Assembly: GCA_963833425.1 (NCBI GenBank)
Contig: CAWHXP010000002.1
Span: 128,001 to 192,000, forward strand
Reading direction: 5' to 3'
Source: an uncultured Methanosarcinaceae archaeon
Lineage (GTDB): Archaea; Halobacteriota; Methanosarcinia; Methanosarcinales; Methanosarcinaceae
Length of the DNA stretch: 64,000 nt
In this document: one piece after another, positions 48,172-58,681 of the stretch
Layout: the number at the start of each line of letters is the position of its first letter
How positions within the stretch are numbered: position 1 is the stretch's first letter
Notes under the pieces: generated by a model
The model's input: only the letters and a program-made list of their open reading frames with translations
The model's database searches: none
What the model was told of the DNA's origin: nothing
Made by a program: the position numbers and the translations under genes

Positions 48172-48519
48172 ATGAGAAAATAATTATTTGATGAAGTAAA
48201 AAAGAAACGGGTTATTTTTCTGGCAATCTTATTTGTAGTGATATTAGCAACTGTAACGGTGAGCGCATTCGAGTCAACAAATGCAAATTATTCTGTAAAA
48301 ATGATAAAGATTGCAGTGAGTACAATCAGGGATATCACAATGGATATTAGAAAGGATATCAAGATGGTTTTATTGATGTAAAAAATCGTCAAGGAGCACG
48401 CATATTTTCTATGAAATGTTTTACAGTATTCTTCTGGATACTATTGAGGACGCTCTAATGGCTACAGACTCGGATATAATCAGGGATATGCTAATGGGAA
48501 AAAACACGTCATTAATTAG
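48172..48519 (+). pseudogene. Signal-peptide protein with YNQGY/GY.DG repeats, disrupted
   Basis: MRK*LFDEVKKKRVIFLAILFVVILATVTVSA leader with early stop; later YNQGYHNGY..GYQDG and GYNQGYANG pieces in shifted frames. Confidence 0.6.
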
Positions 48520-49148
48520 TATCAACGACAGTTAAGAATCCTCCATTTTTGGTGGTTTAAAATTTCCAAGTTCTTAATTCTTGAGAGAAGTTAGAGGATT
48601 GCAAATAATGCTGAAAATATAGAAATGGCTAGTGATACGAGATTTATATGCACAAGGCTTGAGCATTAATTGAATAAGTGAATTGCCCCTTTATTACAAG
48701 ATTGTGTTTTCAGCCCGAACTTGGGTATATATATGATCCTCACAGCAATTAATTTTCCAAGTTATGTAACTATTTAACTTGGATAAAACAACATCAATGG
48801 TCATCTTTATTGAGATCAATTGACAAATTTCAGTGAGCTGATTTTCTTTCATGTATCTTCGGTTAAGCGAGGAATCGTGCTAAATTACACTGATTTCCAC
48901 AAAAGTTAATTAAAAGTATTCATTGATATTACGCTGTGACAAGATGCCTATTTCAGTTTTAGTACTCAAATTTGTGACTAATTTTTGTTTCAATTTGAAA
49001 TTGATAGCATTAGAATTTATTAGATTTTACATATGTGTTTCTTACAATTTATATTTCATTTACAGAATAAATTGTTGAAAATTTGTATATTCTTATATAT
49101 AATAGAACGATTGAGTCAAGATAAGTATGGGGAGCTTGATCCTAGAAT

Positions 49149-49180
49149 ATGCATAGTTTTTGTATCAAAAACTTGTGCAT
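49149..49180. repeat. Palindromic site B (ATGCATAGTTTTT-GTATC-AAAAACTTGTGCAT)
   Basis: Member of the 31-bp palindrome family, one extra base. Confidence 0.75.
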
Positions 49181-49481
49181 TTACTCTTCACCCAAAATCG
49201 AGAAAATTGTTATCTAAAATAGAGAATGTAAACAGTTTTTACTAAAACATATATTACAACTTAAAAATAAAAATGTTACTTTTAAACCCCTTATGGGGGA
49301 AAACCCATCAAAAATTCTCTATAGAATGATTTCTTGATATTAGTCATTTTGCAGAAAAATCAACACATAGACAATTATCATTGCTGTATAATCTTTGTTA
49401 ATAGTAGAAAATTCGCGAAATTGATCAAAACAATTTTAATAATAAAATGTTCATATAGATAATTGGCAATTTATATAACAT

Positions 49482-50126
49482 ATGTTAAAAGCAGTTATTT
49501 TTGATGTTGACGGAGTTCTTGTAGACTCCATGCGCTTTCATGCGGATGCTTGGAAGACTGTTTTTTATGAAGTTGGTATTAATATTACTAGGGAAGATAT
49601 TTATGAGCTAGAAGGCTCAAACGAGAGAGCGATAATTAAAACAATTTTTGAAAAAGATGGAAAAAAACCTGAACCCTGGCATTTCGAGTATTTGGTTAAT
49701 AAGAAACGTGAAGTATTTGAGTTTGATCAGATAAAACCATTTAAAAATATTCAAGATTGCCTCAAGAAGTTAAAAAGGTATTTCAATCTCGCTGCAGTTT
49801 CCGGGTCAAGCCGCAAAGTGGTTGAAAAAGTTATGAATACGTTTTTTTCAGGTTTTTTTGAAGTTATTATCACCGGAGACGATTTGGAGCGGGGAAAACC
49901 TAACCCAGCTCCCTTCCTTAAAGCCCTTGCAAAACTTGACATTACTAAAAATGAATGCATTGTAATTGAGAATTCACCTTTGGGTATCACTGCCGCTAAA
50001 AGAGCTGAAATTTATTGTGTTGCGGTCGCAAGCACACTTGGACCTGATAAATTACAACATGCAGATCTTGTGTTCAGAGATCACACTGCCCTTTTTGACT
50101 TTCTGAAAAAATTTATCCAAAAATAG
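49482..50126 (+). CDS. HAD-superfamily hydrolase (beta-phosphoglucomutase-like)
   Basis: FDVDGVLVDS motif I, VSGS, GKPNP, VIENS. Confidence 0.93.
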   Translation: MLKAVIFDVDGVLVDSMRFHADAWKTVFYEVGINITREDIYELEGSNERAIIKTIFEKDGKKPEPWHFEYLVNKKREVFEFDQIKPFKNIQDCLKKLKRYFNLAAVSGSSRKVVEKVMNTFFSGFFEVIITGDDLERGKPNPAPFLKALAKLDITKNECIVIENSPLGITAAKRAEIYCVAVASTLGPDKLQHADLVFRDHTALFDFLKKFIQK

Positions 50127-50354
50127 ATTCTTAAGTTTCAGAATTATTTTCTACATTTCTTCCTAAAAGATAAACCTCGCAGAAAGTGAGATATTAGAGC
50201 AAATATGTGACTTTTCTGGATAAACATCAACTCGTTATTGATGGACCACCAAATTTTTTGAACAAAAATATTTAACCAAGATTTGACAGAATCATAAATG
50301 TCAGAATATATAAATTGGCTTTATGTTTCTATTTTGTTCATATCCACTCTCTTC

Positions 50355-50469
50355 AGATGTACACAAAAATGCCATATAACATCTCAATATGATAGTAGCT
50401 TAAAAATTAAACTGATTTAAATAAATTAGTGAGCAAATAGGCAAACAACTTCTACATCTGTGTACATCT
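50355..50469. mobile_element. About 115-bp element with AGATGTACACA inverted ends
   Basis: AGATGTACACAAAAATG ... CATCTGTGTACATCT; solo copies of the end near 14884 and 27385. Confidence 0.45.
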
Positions 50470-50610
50470 ATGGAAAATGAAAGTATAGCTATATTCGGTC
50501 AGATTTCATTTACCAAAAAAAAAATATACATAAAAAATATGTAAAATCTGAAAAGGTTCAAGATTCGGAAAATCACAAAACGTATAAAATGAAACTAGAA
50601 GGTTCTAACT

Positions 50611-51885
50611 ATGGCCGAGATAAAAATTGACAGGTCTCTCTCATATATTGAAGGTACACAGCGAGTGTATGATGAAACTACAACCTTGGAAAATACAAAA
50701 GATAAGATAAAAAAGATAGGTGTTACCCGAATTGCAGACATTACAAACCTGGATAGGTTAGGAATCCCTATTTTTTCGGCAATCCGCCCAAGTGCCGCTC
50801 AGGGAGCGATCAGTATATACTCAGGCAAGGGTTCGACTGAGCAGAGAGCTCGGATTTCGACTATAATGGAGAGTTTTGAGCGCTGTCTAGCAGAAAAACC
50901 GGGCCTGAATGAAAACATCGCAGAAGACATTTCCGCCCCATCTCTAGTCGAATCCTATGCTAAAGCCATCGAAAACTTCAATGTACTGGATCCAAAAACC
51001 CTCCTTCTGCCTCAGCCCTATATTCCCCAATCCCTACTTGAATGGGTGAAAGCTTACGATTTAATAAATGAGGAAGAAGTTTTCGTAAGCGCAAATGCGG
51101 TTTACCATCCATACGACGCACCAGGTCAATGTCAGAAACTTTTCCTGAGTAATACCAATGGGCTAGCATCTGGGAATGTAATTGAAGAAGCTATCCTGCA
51201 TGGAATGCTTGAGGTCATAGAAAGAGATGCAATTAGTATAGCTCAGTTTACCCGCAACCTTGGGAAAGAAATATTGCTGACTAAAGAAGATGGATATCTC
51301 TACGAGTTTGCCAGAAAGTTCAAAGACGCGGAAATAGAATTGAAGATCTGGCTTGTTCCCACAGAAACCGGAATTCCAACAGTGATTGCAGTAACCGACG
51401 ACTTAAAATTGAAAGATCCCGCTCTTCTAGTAATGGGAGCAGGCTCCCACCTAAAACCTGAAACTGCGGTTGTAAGGGCCATAACTGAAGCTGCTCAATC
51501 GAGGGTGGTTCAGATCCAGGGAGCAAGGGAGGATACGGATAGAGAAGGTTTTATTAGAGGTATAGGGTACGATCGAATGAAACGCTTGAACTCTTTCTGG
51601 TTCGAAGATGGAGAAAAAGTTTCCCTTTCTGAAGTGCAAGATCTATCCAGAAAAAGTCCTGCAGAAAACATCGACTTGATACTCGACAAGCTCCGGGATC
51701 TTGCTGAAAAAGTGCTAGTAGTGGACCTCTCAAGGAAAGAAGTTGGAGTTCCGGTTGTTAGAGTAATTATCCCTGGCTTTGAGCTTTTCACTATTGATCG
51801 TGACAGAAAGGGAAAAAGAATGGCTTCAGGGCAGAAAAAAAATTTTTTTAGGGACAGAAATGATAAGCCATGGAAAAGACTATGA
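50611..51885 (+). CDS. ycaO: YcaO-family McrA glycine thioamidation protein
   Basis: GVTRIADITNLDRLGIP, MESFER, SNTNGLASGN, EVIERDA, TEAAQSR; ATGA overlap with tfuA. Confidence 0.95.
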   Translation: MAEIKIDRSLSYIEGTQRVYDETTTLENTKDKIKKIGVTRIADITNLDRLGIPIFSAIRPSAAQGAISIYSGKGSTEQRARISTIMESFERCLAEKPGLNENIAEDISAPSLVESYAKAIENFNVLDPKTLLLPQPYIPQSLLEWVKAYDLINEEEVFVSANAVYHPYDAPGQCQKLFLSNTNGLASGNVIEEAILHGMLEVIERDAISIAQFTRNLGKEILLTKEDGYLYEFARKFKDAEIELKIWLVPTETGIPTVIAVTDDLKLKDPALLVMGAGSHLKPETAVVRAITEAAQSRVVQIQGAREDTDREGFIRGIGYDRMKRLNSFWFEDGEKVSLSEVQDLSRKSPAENIDLILDKLRDLAEKVLVVDLSRKEVGVPVVRVIIPGFELFTIDRDRKGKRMASGQKKNFFRDRNDKPWKRL

Positions 51886-52541
51886 AATCAAGAGCTGTAA
51901 TTTTTACAGGCAACAGCATCAGCCACGAGGATGCAAAAAAAATATTGAGGGTAAATTACCAACCTCCTGTATGCAGATTTCAGCTTGAAATATTCGTCCA
52001 GAAAGGATATAATATCATAGGGATCATAGACGGAATTTTTTTTGACAGGGCTGCAGTAGGACACAGGGAGATTATATCCGCCCTCAATGCAGGAGTAAAA
52101 GTTATCGGAGGCTCCAGTATGGGAGCCCTCCGAGCCTCTGAACTAGATACCTACGGGATGATAGGAATAGGAAAAGTTTACGAATGTTACAGAGACGGGG
52201 TATTTGAATCAGATGATGAGATAGCAGTTAGTACTAATCCTGATACTTTCGAGCCCATTTCCGTGCCTCTGGTCAACATAAGAGAAACCTTGAAAGTCGC
52301 TGTGGCTTCTGGAATTCTAAGTAAAAAAGAGCATAATGATCTCCTGGAGCTTGCGGTTAACACATATTACCCGGACAGAAGCTATCTTGGACTTATAAAA
52401 GAAGGAACAAAAAGAGGCCTGGTCCCGGAAGAAAAGAGAAAATCAATTCTAGATTTTTGTATCGTCAGAGAAATTGACGTGAAAAAGGAAGATGCAATCC
52501 TCGTGCTTGAAACAGTGAAAAAGCTGATAGAAGATACCTGA
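51882..52541 (+). CDS. tfuA: TfuA-family McrA thioamidation partner
   Basis: IIDGIFF, VGHREI, GGSSMGALRASEL, DDEIAV, PLVNIR. Confidence 0.95.
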   Translation: MKSRAVIFTGNSISHEDAKKILRVNYQPPVCRFQLEIFVQKGYNIIGIIDGIFFDRAAVGHREIISALNAGVKVIGGSSMGALRASELDTYGMIGIGKVYECYRDGVFESDDEIAVSTNPDTFEPISVPLVNIRETLKVAVASGILSKKEHNDLLELAVNTYYPDRSYLGLIKEGTKRGLVPEEKRKSILDFCIVREIDVKKEDAILVLETVKKLIEDT

Positions 52542-52787
52542 TGATTAAGATTTCTTTAAAATAGCATTATTGACTCTCAAAAACTATTTTTCAATGCATT
52601 GTTTTATTTTAGTTTAGCGATTCAGTTTCAAATTTTCTTCATGATTTAATAGCTTTTTTCAACGCTTTAATATTAGAGTTTGATAATGTAAAGGTTCAAA
52701 GCGTGACAAGTCAGTTGGAGATAAACTTACTGCAATTGCTTTTTTAGTCCTTTTCTTCACTATAAAAAAGAGATTTTGTCTATAACG

Positions 52788-52818
52788 GCACAGAGGTTTT
52801 GTGATAAAATCTATGTAT
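52788..52818. repeat. Palindromic site C (GCACAGAGGTTTT-GTGAT-AAAATCTATGTAT)
   Basis: Member of the 31-bp palindrome family. Confidence 0.7.
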
Positions 52819-53695
52819 TTTATCAGTTTCAGCCAAAATAGTAGGGGCATTTTTATCTAAATTTAGGATAAGTACATATATTTTACAAAAATAACTGCAT
52901 TATTAACCGACTTTCCACAGATCCCCTTTTGATTTTAACAATCTTTCTGTTATCGCTCTTTATGAAAATCACCTTTGCTACTCAAACATGGGTTTTTGAA
53001 ATGTCCAACAACTTTCAACCCTTCTACTTCATTGAAAAGTTTTGACTTCCATTCCCCAAAATTTGAAGTAGAATAATTCTTTACATTTGTTCAATAACCC
53101 AGGAACATGGCCCTAAATTTAAAGATTCTTACTTTAAAAAAATTGTGTTGATAACAGCTCTTATCAGACCTTTAAAAGTTTGATTTTAAAACATTCTATG
53201 AGAAAGTAATTTTTATTCAGAAATTATTTTTTATTGAGTTAATTTAAAGTAATAATATACGAAATAGTACACTGTAGCTACCGAAAATCAACAAAAAATT
53301 AGGGATTATTGAAAAAGTCTATAGCAACTAAATATATATGCAATTTATAATTTTTGAGTCAAAAATGAGTAGATGGGTAGGAAGATAAAAAATTTTGTGT
53401 TATACCTAATAATAGTTGATATGATATCAAGATCTGGCGGTGCTACAATAGTAAAAGCCAAAGATTGAGGGATAATATGTGGGGTGGAGAGGACGAAAGA
53501 ATTTTAGACAAAATTCAAGATTCACTTAACAAATATGGAAATTCGTGAGTAGTCAGTGATACAAGCATGTCTTTGCTCCCACATACATTTCTTAATTTTT
53601 TTATTCTAATCGTTTAGGTCGTGTATTAATTTAAGAACGAATGTTTCTAAAAGGATTTCAGCTACTTGAAATTGGAAATTTAGGAGAATCTAGAT

Positions 53696-54235
53696 ATGAA
53701 AAAGCATATATTTCAAAAAATAAACAGAAAAATAGCTATTCTGTTGTCAGCCTTCTTTGTAGTTTCATTGACAGCAGTATCAATAGGCTCATCTTCTACA
53801 ACTCAATCAGTAACAAGTTTTGTTGATCCATATCAATATAAGTTGACAGGCCATGGCATAAACGTGATATATACCCCTATGGGTCCAGGTGCTGTACCAA
53901 ATTTAATCTATAAAGATAGAGTTGGAACAAAACATTTCATTGGTAAAAATATTACCATCGTTAGCGTAGAGAACCTTGGAACTGTAGTTGAAGTTACTCT
54001 TGATAGCAGATTGGTGGGAGTTGGCTGGTCTAAAACATCCTTCGCTTTTATATTGCCGGTATTCAATCACGAAGATCTAAATAGAACTAGAACCCCAATA
54101 CCGATCCATACAATAGGTATTAAAACGAATTACAGGGAGGGGGGTGCAACTCTTCCAGTCCACCAAATTGGGACGTCGATTGACACATACAACTTAAAAG
54201 GTACGGCATCTAAACCTCGGATTAACCCGCTTTAA
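53696..54235 (+). CDS. Secreted hypothetical protein, beta-rich
   Basis: Signal peptide KKHIFQKINRKIAILLSAFFVVSLTAVS; AGGAGA upstream; 179-aa open frame. Confidence 0.8.
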   Translation: MKKHIFQKINRKIAILLSAFFVVSLTAVSIGSSSTTQSVTSFVDPYQYKLTGHGINVIYTPMGPGAVPNLIYKDRVGTKHFIGKNITIVSVENLGTVVEVTLDSRLVGVGWSKTSFAFILPVFNHEDLNRTRTPIPIHTIGIKTNYREGGATLPVHQIGTSIDTYNLKGTASKPRINPL

Positions 54236-54494
54236 ACATCGGGTTGATCATCTCACTAACTACAAAAACAATATTTTATGGTAGTTAACTTCATGTTGAT
54301 AGTTGGAATCACAATGCATAATTTAAAAGGGTTAGTCATCTAATTTCCAGGGCAATAATGATATTCTTTAAGGTAATCTATATTGCCCTATTTCTTTTTG
54401 CGTCTTCAACAGCACTTATTACTCGGGCCTTCGTTGAAATTAATGGGAATCAGTAGTTTTGCTGACAAATATTATATTTAGATTGTTCTCACTG

Positions 54495-54525
54495 ATGCAT
54501 AGGTTTTGACACAAAAACTGCGCAT
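54495..54525. repeat. Palindromic site D (ATGCATAGGTTTT-GACAC-AAAAACTGCGCAT)
   Basis: Near-consensus copy. Confidence 0.85.
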
Positions 54526-54715
54526 TAAAAGGTTGTACTTAAGCATATTGATCACTAATTCTCAAATTTTGGGAATATTGAATGTATCGAATCTATGACT
54601 TTTTCGTATTTTTATAGAATATTACGCGCATGCTTCCTGATCTATTAGAAAAGTCAAATTAATCACAATTTTTATAGAAATTTATTTCAATCCTTTTGCA
54701 GTTAAGTGATCTCAT

Positions 54716-55573
54716 ATGACCGAGAAAAAAATTGATGAATCTTCACTCAAAAACAAAGGTTTTCTGTCTCAGAGACAAGAAAATATGTTTTCAATGCGGC
54801 TTAAAGTTGTAGGTGGAATGGTAAATGCCAATAAACTACGGGCAATTGCGGATGCTGCAGAGAAATACGGCTCTGGTTACATCCATTTAACTTCAAGGCA
54901 ACAGATTGAAGTTCCATTTGTCAAACTTGAAGATGCGGAAAAAGCGAGTTCTGAGCTTGAAATGCAGGGGATTTTCGGAGGTTCTTCTGGGAAAAGAGTA
55001 CGGGCAATTGTTGCTTGTCATGGGAACACTGTCTGTAAATATGGATTAATTGACTGCCAGAAACTTGCTTCCAAGATCGATGAGAAATATTTCGGAGAAT
55101 CTGTCCCTAAAAAACTCAAGATTGCGATCACAGGCTGCCCTTCTGCCTGTGTAAAACCCCAAGATAATGATTTTGGAATTATGGGTGTTACAAAACCTGA
55201 AATTTTCGAAGAGGATTGTATTGGTTGTGGGCTCTGTGAAAAAGCTTGTAAAATGGAAGCAGTAACAATCAAAGATGAAAAAGTAAGGATTAACAGAGAG
55301 AAGTGCGTTCTTTGCGGAGCTTGTATTACAGCTTGTCGGAAAGATGCATTGAGAGCGGGAAAAATTGGATATACGATTTTTGTTGGAGGTAGTATGGGAC
55401 GCAAGCCAAGGCACGGAATAAAATTTATTGAACTTGTGGATGAGGAGCAGCTTTTTTCAATCCTGAAAAAAACTATTGATTATTACAGAAAAGAGAGTCT
55501 TGACGGAGAAAGGGTAGGAGAACTTTTTGACAGGCTTGGAATTGAAAAATATAGGAAAGAAATTCTTTCCTAA
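54716..55573 (+). CDS. Nitrite/sulfite reductase-like siroheme-[4Fe-4S] protein with inserted 2x[4Fe-4S] ferredoxin (AsrC/Dsr-like)
   Basis: HLTSRQ, ACHGNTVC, KIAITGCPSAC, two CxxCxxCxxxC motifs. Confidence 0.9.
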   Translation: MTEKKIDESSLKNKGFLSQRQENMFSMRLKVVGGMVNANKLRAIADAAEKYGSGYIHLTSRQQIEVPFVKLEDAEKASSELEMQGIFGGSSGKRVRAIVACHGNTVCKYGLIDCQKLASKIDEKYFGESVPKKLKIAITGCPSACVKPQDNDFGIMGVTKPEIFEEDCIGCGLCEKACKMEAVTIKDEKVRINREKCVLCGACITACRKDALRAGKIGYTIFVGGSMGRKPRHGIKFIELVDEEQLFSILKKTIDYYRKESLDGERVGELFDRLGIEKYRKEILS

Positions 55574-55769
55574 AAATATCCGAAAATTTATGTATTTAAT
55601 TAACTATAATAAAATCTATCTGGCTAGTATATAATTAAATCAGATAATTTATAGCTTCTTTGATAAAATCTATGGAAAGGATTGACTATATCTGGTATCA
55701 AGATTATAATGTATGGAATCCACATCTGAAGCAGTGAGTACCTTACATTATAATCGTAAGAATGAGATC

Positions 55770-55800
55770 ATACATATGCTTTATCACAAAAACTGTGCAT
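55770..55800. repeat. Palindromic site E (ATACATATGCTTT-ATCAC-AAAAACTGTGCAT)
   Basis: Family member between two convergent 3' ends. Confidence 0.8.
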
Positions 55801-56247
55801 CAATATAAAAAAACAATTTCTTTTTCGTTGTGAAAAAAACACAGAGTCATTCATAATTTACAGATTTGTAGGTACATTTTCGTGAGAGTTGAGTTGGCTT
55901 TAAAACTTTAATATTTTTTCAAGAAAAAGGACTTTAAAATCAGAGACTTGCCAAAAAATTCTCAGATGGAAATAATGTGATCTTGAACATAATTTTCGAA
56001 TAAGGATGTTAGAGATCATATGAGCTTACATACTATCAGATGAAAGTTCAATATATTGAAGGATAAAAATAAATAAAAATTAAGTAACTATTCAATCTAC
56101 AAATAGAATTTATTTAGTCTATTTAGATAAAGTTTCTTCGTTATAGTACCAAGCTATGTAATTATAGAAATTAATTTCATTTGTTTTGATGTATGCTTTC
56201 ATATTAATCTCTTTGGAAATTTAAGATAAGTACTTACTAACGATTCT

Positions 56248-56823
56248 TTAGATTTTAATAGGAGTACTTACTAACAATTTTTTAGCCAAGTCTACCTTGT
56301 ATTCAACGGGCTCCTGGCTTAATGGCTCTGGCTCAACATGCAATACCTTTAATGTGGATATGTCGATTATATTCGGGTTCATTGCAGCTGTTTTGAATGC
56401 TATTTTTTCAAGATCTTCATCTGTTTTAGACTTGGCTCCAAAATAATCATGGATATGTACAACTTTTCCATTGCTGTCATAAAGTACACACCTTTTATCT
56501 ATCGTCGTAGCAGTAGGATTCCAAGCAAAATCAGCACGCAATACACCTCTGATCGTACAAGTCCCAGAACCTGATGGGTGAGCATACATGAAATAGGTTA
56601 TTTCAGTTGCATTAGAGATCTCAGCTGCACTCGCATTTATCTGTTTATCGACCCCAGCATCCACGACACTTGCGACTCCTACACCCGAAGTTCCCCATCC
56701 ATCTAAACCAGTCATATACGCCTCTGCAAACACATGTACACCTGATGTGTCTCCAGAATAAGTGTGAGTCCAGGCGTGGTAATTATTAGTTATCGTGGCG
56801 GGAAAAATCCATAGATTATCCAT
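56248..56823 (-). CDS. Hypothetical protein
   Basis: 191-aa ORF with ATG preceded by AGGAGGAC; no family recognised. Confidence 0.75.
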   Translation of the reverse strand: MDNLWIFPATITNNYHAWTHTYSGDTSGVHVFAEAYMTGLDGWGTSGVGVASVVDAGVDKQINASAAEISNATEITYFMYAHPSGSGTCTIRGVLRADFAWNPTATTIDKRCVLYDSNGKVVHIHDYFGAKSKTDEDLEKIAFKTAAMNPNIIDISTLKVLHVEPEPLSQEPVEYKVDLAKKLLVSTPIKI

Positions 56824-57150
56824 ATAAGTGTCCTCCTATATACTTTTAGTATTCATAATTGTACTATTATATTATGTTATATTTTTATTTAAATATTTTA
56901 AATCTTTAGATATGTATATTATATTGGTTGTTTTTTATGTAACTTGAATGGCTAAAATAAAACATTTACAACATTTAATATTAAGTTATCTATCAAAAAA
57001 ATAATTTTCAAATGAAAAATAATTCTATATTAAAAATAATTTTATATGAAATTTTTGTAATAAAAAAATTTAGCAAAATACCCACTATCTTTTTTGTTTG
57101 GCTAAATGCTTGTTTTTCCATTTGCTTAGACTCCAAAATGTTGTTTAATT

Positions 57151-57540
57151 TTATTGCGGATGCTCTAGATAATATAACGCCTGCAATGCTGGTTTGTTAT
57201 ACGGTTTAAGTTTTAGTGAATTTTTGTAATCAAAGATTGCTGCTGCTTTATCGCCTTTAATTTCGTCAAAGACTCCTTTTGCATTCCAACCAAAGAAATT
57301 GTTTGGATCAAGCATCAAGCCTTTATCTACATAATTTTCTGCTTCATCTTTTTTACCTTGATTCATTAGGGTTCAATAAAAGTGCATGGTCAATTGCTTC
57401 ACTAGCTTCATTCATCTTAAATTCACCAGCTAGAGCATTTACTTTATAATATCACGCGTTAGCATCTTTCGGATCTAGATTAATTGCTTTATTAAAAATT
57501 AATATGAAGTCATCGTTTTGTTTGGCGTTAAACAGATCTT
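57151..57540 (-). pseudogene. 3' fragment of a TPR-repeat gene
   Basis: FNKAINLDPKDANA*YYK, AIDHALLLNP and DKGLMLDPNNFFGWNAKG pieces; stop and frameshift; no 5' part beyond site F. Confidence 0.65.
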
Positions 57541-57569
57541 GCAAATGTTTTCACACAAAACCTATGTAT
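57539..57569. repeat. Palindromic site F (TTGCAAATGTTTT-CACAC-AAAACCTATGTAT)
   Basis: Family member abutting the truncated TPR fragment. Confidence 0.75.
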
Positions 57570-58130
57570 TTTTTAGATCACTTCAATTACATCAGAAGTA
57601 TGTAAGTTCTATTCAAGATACCCTTTCTTAATTACGCTCTGCTCTTCACGAACTTAGCGTTACATCTTTTGAGTACCAGTTAGTACCGTCCATCCAAGTT
57701 CGTAGGCATGATTATTGTCCCCAAAATAATATATCCTAAGTAAATTATTTTTTAGAATTGTTGATAAAAGTGCACTTTCAGGCTTTGATGGTTGACTATT
57801 TGCATCTATTGGTCTTGGAGATTTTATCACATGTTTCACCTTGCTATCGTATTTTTTTGTTGTTACTTTTAAAATACATAATTTTTTCCTGAATTATTTA
57901 AAATTAATTGCACAAAAATTAGTTTATAATTAAAATTAGCTTTCTGATGAAATTTTTTAAGACCACTAAATAATCAAATACTAATGAAGTCATATTACTA
58001 GTTTCTAAATAAGCTTATTTCAGCGTGAAACGTTGTAAAAATCAACTGCGATTTGATATTAATCACATTATTTAATTATTATAAAATAGATAATGTCTAG
58101 TCAATAGTTTTACAAGAAAGAAGAAATTTT

Positions 58131-58146
58131 GGTTCCGTTGCAAAAA
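58131..58146. mobile_element. Solo IS6 terminal repeat
   Basis: GGTTCCGTTGCAAAAA identical to the IS6 end at 63362. Confidence 0.7.
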
Positions 58147-58568
58147 TAATTTTTCTGCAGTGTGATACTATAAATTTTATTTTTTTTGAAGGAGTTAATA
58201 TTGAAGAATCTGAACTTAGAGCAGCTTACTATTTAAAATTTGAACAGCTTTCTAAAGTGAAGACATGATCCTTTCATTTATCGCGAAAATTTAGTTCTCT
58301 ATCAACTAACTAGGATGAAATTACCATATTTGAAAGATATTCTCTGCGGCTGTATACCTATATTTTGCAAAATCTTTCCTTTTTTTGCATTTCTAGCGCT
58401 TTTTGTTTTTTCATAAGTTCTTTTAATGTTGGTGGGACTATATACCCATTCTCAAGGTTTTTAATATCCGCAATGTACATGGGCTTTTTTATATAGCCAT
58501 TATTATTTGTATATACCTATTTTTTCTGCTTTTTGCCACTACAAAAAATAGGACTTATAGTTTTGCTT

Positions 58569-58599
58569 ATATGGAAATTTTCATACAATTCATGTGCAT
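58569..58599. repeat. Palindromic site G, degenerate (ATATGGAAATTTT-CATAC-AATTCATGTGCAT)
   Basis: Same 13-5-13 register, spacer type and TGTGCAT end; left arm decayed. Confidence 0.45.
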
Positions 58600-58681
58600 C
58601 TTAGGGTTAAGATAATTCAAATATTTGGACAAAAATAGAAATCAGTATTAAGATCAATAGTCTCAATATGTTTCTAGATTT

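Noticed and set aside
50611..52541. ycaO-tfuA as a novel thioamitide RiPP cluster
   Set aside because: No precursor peptide, transporter or tailoring genes; matches the known methanogen McrA thioglycine pair
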